Assembly: GCA_023264495.1 (NCBI GenBank)
Contig: JAHFMM010000001.1
Span: 1-55,949 of the forward strand
Direction: 5' to 3'
DNA length: 55,949 bases
From: a bacterium
GTDB lineage: Bacteria; Patescibacteriota; Minisyncoccia; Phycocordibacterales; Phycocordibacteraceae
The position numbers were made by a program, and so were the translations under genes. Under the pieces are notes generated by a model. The model worked only from the letters and a program-made list of their open reading frames with translations. It searched no databases and was not told where the DNA came from. Positions 20,693 through 28,023 of this stretch are shown here, piece by piece (positions within the stretch are counted from its first letter, which is position 1; each line of letters opens with the position of its first letter).

Positions 20693-21301
20693 ATGGCACA
20701 TCCGAAAGAAGAACAGTCACTCGTTATTGTGAAGCCTGATGGCGTACAGCGTACGCTCATTGGCGAGATTATTAAGCGGTATGAACAGCCGGGCTTCAAG
20801 CTTGTTGCGATGAAGCTTCTTGTTCCTACCTCCGAGCAGGCGAAGGCGCACTATATGACTGGTGGCGAAGAATGGCTTGAGATGGTCGGCACCAAGGCCG
20901 CTGCGGCCTATGAGAAGAAGGGTCTCAAGTCTCCCTATGCAACTCCGCGCGAGAATGGTATGGCTATCCTTGAGGCAAATGCGAAGTATCTCTCATCGGG
21001 TCCTGTTGTCGCGATGATCTGGCAAGGGGCTCATGTTGTCGAGATCGCACGCAAGATTACCGGAGCGACCGAACCGCGCTCTTCTGAGATGGGTACTATT
21101 CGTGGCGACTTTGTCATCGACTCATATATGATGGCAGACACCGATAATCGTTCGATTCGGAACCTTATCCACGCTTCTGGTGCGCCCGAAGAGGCAGCAC
21201 AAGAGATCCCGATCTGGTTCGATGAGAAAGAGATCTACAACTACCGACTCGTAAACGAGGAGATTCTCTATGGAGATATGGACGGTATCTTGTCGGTATA
21301 G
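20693..21301 (+). CDS. ndk: Nucleoside diphosphate kinase
   Basis: IVKPDGVQR.LIGEII, SGPVVAM, GTIRGDF, RNLIHAS. Confidence 0.97.
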   Translation: MAHPKEEQSLVIVKPDGVQRTLIGEIIKRYEQPGFKLVAMKLLVPTSEQAKAHYMTGGEEWLEMVGTKAAAAYEKKGLKSPYATPRENGMAILEANAKYLSSGPVVAMIWQGAHVVEIARKITGATEPRSSEMGTIRGDFVIDSYMMADTDNRSIRNLIHASGAPEEAAQEIPIWFDEKEIYNYRLVNEEILYGDMDGILSV

Positions 21302-21343
21302 TTGTCCACAACCGTCCCTTGGAGGAGGAGTATACTGATAGAT

Positions 21344-21483
21344 GGAGCTGTTCTTGAAAACGCAACTTGCTTCTCCCAAGGGAAAATGAGCATTAAGGTG
21401 CCTTGGTGAATCCCGCAAGGGAATCCGATAGACGCCGTTACTCTTCCCACCTGGCATATTAAGTTGCCAGAGAGGACAGTTCC
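21344..21483 (+). ncRNA. Probable 6S RNA-like molecule
   Basis: 140-nt rod: GGAGCTGTTCT/AGGACAGTTCC closing stem, GCAACTT/AAGTTGC helix, central bubble containing CCCACCTG, apical stem with GCAA loop; TATACT -10 at 21331-21336; terminator directly after. Confidence 0.55.
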
Positions 21484-21515
21484 GCACAAACCCGCCATAG
21501 TGGCGGGTTTGTGCG
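21483..21515 (+). terminator. Perfect 15-bp hairpin, terminator-like
   Basis: CGCACAAACCCGCCA-tag-TGGCGGGTTTGTGCG. Confidence 0.7.
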
Positions 21516-21536
21516 TCTTGAGTATACTGTGGCTAT

Positions 21537-23156
21537 ATGCCACCGAAACGATTTGAAGGGAAGTTCGGGATACCTTCTTCGCATACGATTGACTCGCAGC
21601 TCACCTCAGCGCTGTACCGGCTCCCTGAGTCGATGGACTCGAAAGAAATAGGGGAACAAGTAGAAAAGATTTCTGCACTCGTCAATAAGCAGATTGAGAC
21701 GAATCATCTCGAAGATAGTGAGAAGCGAGGCGAACTGCTTTCTCAAACAGAAAAACAGACGCTCTATCTCAAGCTTGCCCGTCACTATGAGGATAACGGC
21801 GAGTCGGCGCATATCGACATCTCCACGATGGTAGACGCTCTCGTCGAATCGCGGCGCTTCTTGCAGAGCGATCGAGGAAGTATCGGGAAACTCTTCGAGT
21901 TGCATGAGATGAAGACGCTCCAACGCATCGCTGAACTGCGAAGAGAGCGGGCTGAAATGACTGGCACAGAATCCCTCAACCCCTATGAGAATCTCCTCGA
22001 GACCAATGATGGGAAATATTATCTCGCACGGCTCCTCAATATGCCTCACCTCGAAACAGAGTCCAAGTATCTCGGGCATTGCGTCGGCACCAGCACGAGC
22101 TATATCAACAAGATGAAGAAGGGCGATGTCGAGATATTCTCCTTCAGAGATACACAGACGCATGAGCCGCTCATAACTATAGAGTACGACACGAAGTCGC
22201 ACCGCTTGTTGCAAGTGAAGGGAGTCGATGATTATATACCAAAGCTTTTCGATTCGTATTCGAGCGACCTCATCGAGACCATCGAGCGCTTGCCCGAGAC
22301 CGTGAATGACGAAGGCGAGCCGCGACTCGTCTCAAGCACTGAGGCGCGAGACATGAAGCAACTCGCTGGTATCAGAGACAAGACGGCAGACAAAACATCT
22401 CTTGATAGAACAGAACTTCGTTTTCTCTATGAAGTCGACGCACCGATACAGCGTTTTGATACAGAACCAGATCCTCTCATCAAGACACTCCTTGATGCAC
22501 GGGATACCACTACCGACCTACCCATCATCTTCGACTGCACACCCGAACAGATCGCCCACTCCATTTCAGAAATAACTCCCGACACAAAGGCCTATGTCGG
22601 CCCGCTTGAGAAGGGTATCTTCGACGCTCTCTCGCCCGCTCTCGAGCACGTGTATACGAAGTTCCCTGAAGGTCGCGTCAAGTTCCACTCCATCGAGCTC
22701 GGCACCGGCATCGAGAGCGGCCCGGCATTTGAGCAAGCGATACGTGATAAGGACATGGAGGTAGGTGGTTACGCAAAGCATCTCCTGGAGAGTCCCGACT
22801 TCAAAGTTGTAGGCGAACACACCAACGCTGATCTTGTTGAAATGTCAGTCGCCGCACTCGGATTCGACAGATCAACACGCTACGACGCTATCTGTGCACG
22901 CGCCCTCGAGCTCGGCCTCGAGCTCTGCCCGGCTGAAGTCGGCCCGCAACTCCGCCTCCAATACACCGATCAACCAATGAACAGTTATCTGCGAATCGCA
23001 ATGAAAGCTATTAGCGACCGCGACGGCGACCCGCGCTTCTTCCGCGTGGATCGCGATGACGTCGGCCTCTGGCTCTACACGGACTACGGGAAGCCCTTCT
23101 ACGTTTGGGGTACTGACTTTCGCTTTGTGTTCCTCCGTCCCCGCAAGGCGCTTTGA
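21537..23156 (+). CDS. DGR target protein: PcfJ-like domain plus C-terminal variable (probably CLec-like) domain
   Basis: LETES..LGHCVG....Y....GDVEIFSFRD....P.ITIEY......QVKG resembles PcfJ; LGLELCPAEVGPQLRLQY precedes the VR-encoded last ~47 aa; no signal peptide. Confidence 0.85.
   Translation: MPPKRFEGKFGIPSSHTIDSQLTSALYRLPESMDSKEIGEQVEKISALVNKQIETNHLEDSEKRGELLSQTEKQTLYLKLARHYEDNGESAHIDISTMVDALVESRRFLQSDRGSIGKLFELHEMKTLQRIAELRRERAEMTGTESLNPYENLLETNDGKYYLARLLNMPHLETESKYLGHCVGTSTSYINKMKKGDVEIFSFRDTQTHEPLITIEYDTKSHRLLQVKGVDDYIPKLFDSYSSDLIETIERLPETVNDEGEPRLVSSTEARDMKQLAGIRDKTADKTSLDRTELRFLYEVDAPIQRFDTEPDPLIKTLLDARDTTTDLPIIFDCTPEQIAHSISEITPDTKAYVGPLEKGIFDALSPALEHVYTKFPEGRVKFHSIELGTGIESGPAFEQAIRDKDMEVGGYAKHLLESPDFKVVGEHTNADLVEMSVAALGFDRSTRYDAICARALELGLELCPAEVGPQLRLQYTDQPMNSYLRIAMKAISDRDGDPRFFRVDRDDVGLWLYTDYGKPFYVWGTDFRFVFLRPRKAL
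23012..23146 (+). repeat. DGR variable repeat (VR)
   Basis: Aligns without gaps to 23529-23663 (offset 517) with 17 mismatches. Confidence 0.92.
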
Positions 23157-23214
23157 CCTTCTGACACTTAGGACTTTTGCATTTGGCACTGAGACACTTT
23201 TGACCTTTGACCTT

Positions 23215-23232
23215 GCCTGCCGATAGGCAGGC
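23215..23232 (+). promoter_or_regulatory. DGR target-recognition hairpin/cruciform candidate
   Basis: GCCTGCC-GATA-GGCAGGC, 7-bp GC stem with GRNA-type loop, about 70 nt after VR. Confidence 0.7.
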
Positions 23233-23528
23233 TCCGCGATTTTTTTGCTACCATAGTGTGAGTCGGTGAATAGCCACCGGCGACGATTGGAATGTTTAAC
23301 TCTTCCTACGTTGCCGGCTACCGACTAAGTATCCGTACATCGAGAGCGCGACCGACCACGGTTTGTCGCGGAGTGGTGTACGAAACTCAAAAAGTTGGTG
23401 ATACTTGGTACAGCGTGCTCGTGGACTAGAGCCTCTTGTGGCCCGAGGTCCCGCAGACTAGCTACGCCTACAGCTCCAAGATCGGCACAAGCCTTCAAGG
23501 GGTGGAGACATGGATGGCATGCTGTACA

Positions 23529-23663
23529 TAGCGACCGCGACGGCAACCCGCACGTCTTCAACGTGAATCGCGATGACGACGACCTCTGGCTCAACACGAA
23601 CAACGGGAAGCCCGACAACGAGTGGGGTACTGACTATCGCTTTGTGTTCCTCCGTCCCCGCAA
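23529..23663 (+). repeat. DGR template repeat (TR)
   Basis: AAC/GAC-rich copy of VR; 32 adenines, all at codon positions 1-2 of the VR frame; 14 differ in VR. Confidence 0.9.
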
Positions 23664-23681
23664 CTCTCACCAGCTTGTAAA

Positions 23682-23711
23682 AGCGAAACTGCCCTTACGG
23701 GCGGTTTCGCT
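23682..23711 (+). terminator. Hairpin closing the putative TR transcript
   Basis: AGCGAAACTGCCC-ttac-GGGCGGTTTCGCT, 18 nt after TR. Confidence 0.6.
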
Positions 23712-23727
23712 ATGGTACATTGCATGT

Positions 23728-25149
23728 ATGGCACTACGACTAACCTCATACGGCGGAGCAGGGAAGGTGACGGGCTCTAATTTTTTAATCGAAGGCACCA
23801 AGGGAAGGGTACTGGTCGACTGCGGCATCGAGCAGGGTGCCGATGTTGCTGAAGCAGAAGCATATGGGCCTTTCCCTTACGAAGCAGCCAGCATCGATGC
23901 TCTTGTTATTACTCATGCGCACCTCGATCATATAGGGCGTATCCCCAAGCTCGTGAAGGACGGCTTCCGTGGGAAGATCTACATGACACCCCCGACGAAA
24001 GATCTCGCCGAACTTATCTTGAACGATTCGGTTACGATCCTTGGGCAAGACGCAGCACGCCGTGGCGAGAATCCGCTGTATGAGAGCAAGGATGTCGCAC
24101 ACACCTTCGCGCTTATTGAGACACTTGAGTATCATGTTGAGAAAGAAGTTGCGCCGGGTATTTCGATCTATCTGCGCAACACAGGCCACATCCTCGGTTC
24201 GGCGAGCGTGCGCATGACGGATGAGGATGGCACGACACTTGCGCTCACGGGCGACATTGGCAACTCACCATCGCCGCTTCTCCCTAATTGGGAGCCGATC
24301 ACTGATGCCGATGCGCTTCTTATGGAGAGTGTGTATGGCAATCGACTTCATCCGGCGCATACTGAGCGGGTTGCGAGGTTGCGTGACGTATTCAAGCATG
24401 CCATCGAGCGAGGCGGCACCATTCTTGTCCCTGCCTTCTCGCTTGAGAGAACGCAGCTTATGCTCTATGAGCTATCCAATTTCTTTGAAGCAGGAGAACT
24501 TCCACGCATCCCAGTCTATCTCGACTCCCCGCTCGCAATCCATGTGACTGCGGTCTATGAGAAATGGGGGCCGACTTATTTCAAGCCAGAGGCTGAAGAA
24601 GAGATGAAACGCGAAACAAGCCTCTTCGACTTCCCATTTCTCACCAAGACGCTCTCGCATGAAGAATCGGCAAAGATTGAAGAAGTGAAAGGAACGAAGA
24701 TTATCATCGCCGGCGCCGGCATGAGCCACGGCGGCCGCATCGGACGATGGGAGGCTGAGTATCTCCCAGACGCTTCGACCACTCTCATAATCGTAGGCTA
24801 CCAGGCACCGGGGAGCCCGGGGCGGCGGATGGCCGAAGGCGCTCCCTCAGTGCGGCTCAATGGCCGCGATGTCATCAACAAGGCGCACGTAGAGATTCTT
24901 GAGGGATGGTCAGCGCACGCCGATCGAGACCAACTTCTCTCGTTTGCCGAGAAGGCGCTTGCCGGGAAGCGTACCAAGGCGATCTTTGTCGGCCTCGGCG
25001 AGCCAGCCGCAGAACGATTCCTCGCACAGCGCATCCACGACTATCTCCTGCCGCAGGACTCCCGAAGGGGAGTAAGGCGCCGCGTCATTATCCCCGCACT
25101 CGGTGAGACGTGGGAAATCACGAAGGAAGGAGTAAAGAATTTGTCATAA
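23728..25149 (+). CDS. MBL-fold metallo-hydrolase, beta-CASP family (RNA processing)
   Basis: GGAGKVTGS, THAHLDHIG, GHILGS, MESVYG, PAFSLERTQ, SAHAD; start ATG 23728 after TGgTACATT. Confidence 0.93.
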   Translation: MALRLTSYGGAGKVTGSNFLIEGTKGRVLVDCGIEQGADVAEAEAYGPFPYEAASIDALVITHAHLDHIGRIPKLVKDGFRGKIYMTPPTKDLAELILNDSVTILGQDAARRGENPLYESKDVAHTFALIETLEYHVEKEVAPGISIYLRNTGHILGSASVRMTDEDGTTLALTGDIGNSPSPLLPNWEPITDADALLMESVYGNRLHPAHTERVARLRDVFKHAIERGGTILVPAFSLERTQLMLYELSNFFEAGELPRIPVYLDSPLAIHVTAVYEKWGPTYFKPEAEEEMKRETSLFDFPFLTKTLSHEESAKIEEVKGTKIIIAGAGMSHGGRIGRWEAEYLPDASTTLIIVGYQAPGSPGRRMAEGAPSVRLNGRDVINKAHVEILEGWSAHADRDQLLSFAEKALAGKRTKAIFVGLGEPAAERFLAQRIHDYLLPQDSRRGVRRRVIIPALGETWEITKEGVKNLS

Positions 25150-25152
25150 CCC

Positions 25153-25380
25153 ATGAATCCGAAACCAGGCGTTTACGAGCATTATAAAAACAGTAATCAC
25201 AAATATCGCGTAGTCGGCGTTGCGAAGCATAGCGAGACGCTCGAAGATCTGGTCGTCTACGAGGCGTTGTATGAGAATGAATCCGCGAAACTTTGGGTAA
25301 GACCCATCGAACTGTTCCTTGGAGAAGTTGAAGTCAACGGCACAATGGTTCCCCGGTTCAAGTATCTTGATGGAAAATGA
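25153..25380 (+). CDS. DUF1653 domain protein
   Basis: G.YEHYK, VAKHSETLE.LVVYEALY, LWVRP...F, PRF. Confidence 0.88.
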   Translation: MNPKPGVYEHYKNSNHKYRVVGVAKHSETLEDLVVYEALYENESAKLWVRPIELFLGEVEVNGTMVPRFKYLDGK

Positions 25381-25391
25381 GGCAATGAAAG

Positions 25392-25841
25392 TTAAGGAAC
25401 AAGACCAAGCTTCTCAGGCACCAATTTCTCATTGTGCTCGATGATTCTTTTTAGATAGATACGATTCTTTGATATAAAGTTGCCGAGATAGGGTGAAAAG
25501 GGTAGTCGCAACAGATCGTCAAATGCAAAGAATCTCATCTCTTGCCCTTCGTCGCCGAACTTGAGTTTCTCGACCTCCTCTTCTTCCAAACGAACGAGAT
25601 AGCGTACCACAGTTCTCTTGTCATCGAAGGATTCAATGCCCATGCGGAGTATCGTCTTAGGAATCATGCCGATCTCTTCTGTCAACTCTCTCTTCAGCGC
25701 AGTATCAAAATCTTCTCCTTTCTCGACACCGCCACCAGGCAAGTTCCAGGTATTGGGGTAGGGGATTGTCGGGACGTCATCTCTTAAGATAAGAAGCATT
25801 CTACCCTCATATATGACGAACGCTTTGACACCAATATTCAT
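25392..25841 (-). CDS. NUDIX hydrolase
   Basis: WNLPGGGVEKGEDFDTALKRELTEEIG Nudix box. Confidence 0.92.
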   Translation of the reverse strand: MNIGVKAFVIYEGRMLLILRDDVPTIPYPNTWNLPGGGVEKGEDFDTALKRELTEEIGMIPKTILRMGIESFDDKRTVVRYLVRLEEEEVEKLKFGDEGQEMRFFAFDDLLRLPFSPYLGNFISKNRIYLKRIIEHNEKLVPEKLGLVP

Positions 25842-25858
25842 TGTATACCAGTTTATCA

Positions 25859-25890
25859 AAAACGAACCCTCAATTTGGAGGGTTCGTTTT
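25859..25890. terminator. Terminator hairpin after rplT
   Basis: AAAACGAACCCTC...GAGGGTTCGTTTT. Confidence 0.7.
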
Positions 25891-25894
25891 GAGT

Positions 25895-26242
25895 TTACAC
25901 GACCTGCTTGCTGATGCGCTCGAAGACTTCGGGGTGTTCGGAGGCGAACTCGGCAAGGACCTTGCGATCGAGAGCGAAGTTATTTTTCTTGAGCTTCGCG
26001 ATGAAGGTGCTGTATGACTTGTGGCCGGTAGCGCGGACCGCAGCATTCAAGCGGACGATCCAGAGCTGGCGAAAGGCCGTCTTCTTATCCTTGCGGTGAG
26101 CGAAGGCGTAGCGGCCAGCGCGCATGAGCGCCTCATGAGCAAAGTTCTTCTTCTTCGAACGTACGCCGCGATAGCCCTTCGCGCGCTCGAGCATGTTGTT
26201 GCGCTTCTTGAGTGCCATTACGCCGCCTTTGATTCTTGTCAT
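25895..26242 (-). CDS. rplT: 50S ribosomal protein L20
   Basis: MTRIKGG, AKGYRG, FRQLWIVRLNAA, LDRKVLAE. Confidence 0.98.
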   Translation of the reverse strand: MTRIKGGVMALKKRNNMLERAKGYRGVRSKKKNFAHEALMRAGRYAFAHRKDKKTAFRQLWIVRLNAAVRATGHKSYSTFIAKLKKNNFALDRKVLAEFASEHPEVFERISKQVV

Positions 26243-26253
26243 ACGAAAATTAA

Positions 26254-26454
26254 TTACGCAGTTGTTCTAGTAGTGCTTGGCAGGAAGCGGCGTTGCACCT
26301 TCGCGGTGAGCGAGAGTGTTACCGAGCGTCGCTTGCCCGAGCGTTTTGAGCCGCTCTGCTTTGCATTGAAATGGTTCTGGCCCGGCTTGCGCGCGACAAT
26401 CTTGCCATTACGCGTAACGCGGACTCTCTTGGTGTATGATTTGTTGGTTTTCAT
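26254..26454 (-). CDS. rpmI: 50S ribosomal protein L35
   Basis: MKTNKS..KR..VT.NGK; between infC and rplT. Confidence 0.93.
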   Translation of the reverse strand: MKTNKSYTKRVRVTRNGKIVARKPGQNHFNAKQSGSKRSGKRRSVTLSLTAKVQRRFLPSTTRTTA

Positions 26455-27032
26455 TTTTTGATTTCTTGACTCCCTGTCTCGAGCTTGTCGAGAGATTTCT
26501 CGCGTTTCGCTTGAGCGATAAGGTCTCGTTCGATAACGCCAGCAAAACCCTTTGGACTCTTCGCGATCGGTTCAGCGATCTTGTAGGCGTAGGGGATACG
26601 GGTAACGAACTTCTCGAGGCGTGTCTTGAGGAACTCCTCATCCATACTCTTGTAGCGACCTTTGAGGAAGAGTTCGGCACGGACCCGGTGCCCTTCGGCG
26701 AGCCATTCGGCGGCCTTTTTGGCCTTGAGCATCATATCGTTGTCGCCGGTGCCAACCTTAATCTGGACCTCCTTTGTTTCGGATACTTTTACCTTCGCCT
26801 TAGCGATTTTCTCCTTCTTGCTTCGCTCATACTCGAATTTACCATAATCCATGATCTTCGCAACGGGCGGGGTCGCCGAGGGCGAAATCTCGATAAGGTC
26901 CTGTTCGGCTGCCTTTGCAGCCGTGAGAGCGTCAGCGAGCGAAATAACCCCCAGATTCTCGCCGTTTGCACCAATAACGCGCAACTCCTGCGCGCGTATC
27001 TCTGTATTGATGCGAAGTCGGTCGGTAGCCAC
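26451..27032 (-). CDS. infC: Translation initiation factor IF-3 (start uncertain; GTG 27032 chosen)
   Basis: RINTEIRA.ELRVI, DLIEISP.A.PPVAKIMDYGKF.YE, KEVQIK. Confidence 0.95.
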   Translation of the reverse strand: MATDRLRINTEIRAQELRVIGANGENLGVISLADALTAAKAAEQDLIEISPSATPPVAKIMDYGKFEYERSKKEKIAKAKVKVSETKEVQIKVGTGDNDMMLKAKKAAEWLAEGHRVRAELFLKGRYKSMDEEFLKTRLEKFVTRIPYAYKIAEPIAKSPKGFAGVIERDLIAQAKREKSLDKLETGSQEIKK

Positions 27033-27164
27033 TGGAAGTAGCTTGAATATAGCAGAAAAGGTCATCGGGCGCAAACTTCAGTCTTCTCCAGACATGTCAC
27101 AGACGTATTCTTTGACAAAAGATGTCGGGGGTACCATAACGTCATTAATAATAAGTCATTATTT

Positions 27165-27551
27165 ATGTCTGAAGGAACACCGCAACTCACCCCAGAGGGA
27201 ATAGCTAATCCTCGTGAGAAATTCAGAGATCCAGGAAGTGAGCAGCTTAAAGACCCAGAATTTATAAAGGCACTAGAGGAATTAAAGACTGTTTATTCAC
27301 GGAGGTTACACGAAATAAGAGAAAAGATTTCTGTAATGGAAGCAGACAAAGAAGTCCTGCATTCTGTACAAGAGTTCATGCTATCCAAGAATATTCGTTT
27401 GCATGTGCGTATTCCACGAGAGCTTGAAAAAGGTAATCCAGGCAGTGGACAACTGTACGCTGGGAATGATTTTGAGTTGCTTACGCGACAAGAGAAATGG
27501 CATATGGCGCGTCTATCTGAAGTTAAGAAGATGCTATTGGGTGACTTTTGA
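27165..27551 (+). CDS. Hypothetical protein, AT-rich
   Basis: 128-aa ORF filling the gap; no family recognised. Confidence 0.6.
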   Translation: MSEGTPQLTPEGIANPREKFRDPGSEQLKDPEFIKALEELKTVYSRRLHEIREKISVMEADKEVLHSVQEFMLSKNIRLHVRIPRELEKGNPGSGQLYAGNDFELLTRQEKWHMARLSEVKKMLLGDF

Positions 27552-27582
27552 AGACGCAATCAAATGTGGTACACTTCGACCT

Positions 27583-27777
27583 ATGACCACCGCCCAGCTC
27601 AACAAGCAGATAGGGAGTATCGTCGAGCAGAAACTCCTCGAGTTTTTGGGCGACCCTGATGAAGGGCTTGAACTCAAGAAATCATTTATCACTGAGCTCA
27701 AGAAGAGCATAAAGACGAAAGGGAAGACCGTACCGCTCTCGATAGTAATGAAGAAGTATGGCATCCGTCGAGTTTAG
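27583..27777 (+). CDS. Putative antitoxin
   Basis: DPDEGLELK..F...L motif; overlaps the downstream RelE gene. Confidence 0.75.
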   Translation: MTTAQLNKQIGSIVEQKLLEFLGDPDEGLELKKSFITELKKSIKTKGKTVPLSIVMKKYGIRRV

Positions 27778-28009
27778 GGCGCATGCATTGAAGGAACTCG
27801 AAGAACTCGACCCCGTCATCGGAGAACGCATTGTCGAGAAGATATTTTGGCTTGAGAAGAATTTTGTTCTCGTCACGCCCGAGAGATTGCACTACAACTT
27901 TCGAGAACTGTATAAACTCCGCGTTGGTGATTATCGAGCGGTGTATTCCCTCAAGGGAGAGGTCATCACGATTGAAAAGGTGCGGCATCGACGAGAGGTC
28001 TACAAATAA
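27758..28009 (+). CDS. RelE/ParE-family toxin
   Basis: ALKELEELD, YKLRVGDYRAVY, VRHRREVY. Confidence 0.92.
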   Translation: MASVEFRAHALKELEELDPVIGERIVEKIFWLEKNFVLVTPERLHYNFRELYKLRVGDYRAVYSLKGEVITIEKVRHRREVYK

Positions 28010-28023
28010 CTCTGTCACCCAAT

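Larger units (their letters stand above)
21537..23711 (+). mobile_element. DGR cassette (target + VR + hairpin + TR) without RT or Avd genes in the window
   Basis: 135-bp gapless TR/VR pair with adenine-biased mismatches, VR at the 3' end of an ORF, GATA-loop hairpin downstream of VR. Confidence 0.88.

Noticed and set aside
23292..23429. 45-codon ORF as an Avd accessory gene
   Set aside because: Far shorter than Avd, not helical-looking, and overlapping a strong RNA stem.
23395..23727. 111-aa N-terminal extension of the beta-CASP ORF (584 aa in the track), suggesting a TR-nuclease fusion
   Set aside because: The frame stays open largely because TR is a stop-free copy of coding VR. Family homology starts at MALRL (23728), which has its own -10 box after a strong hairpin.
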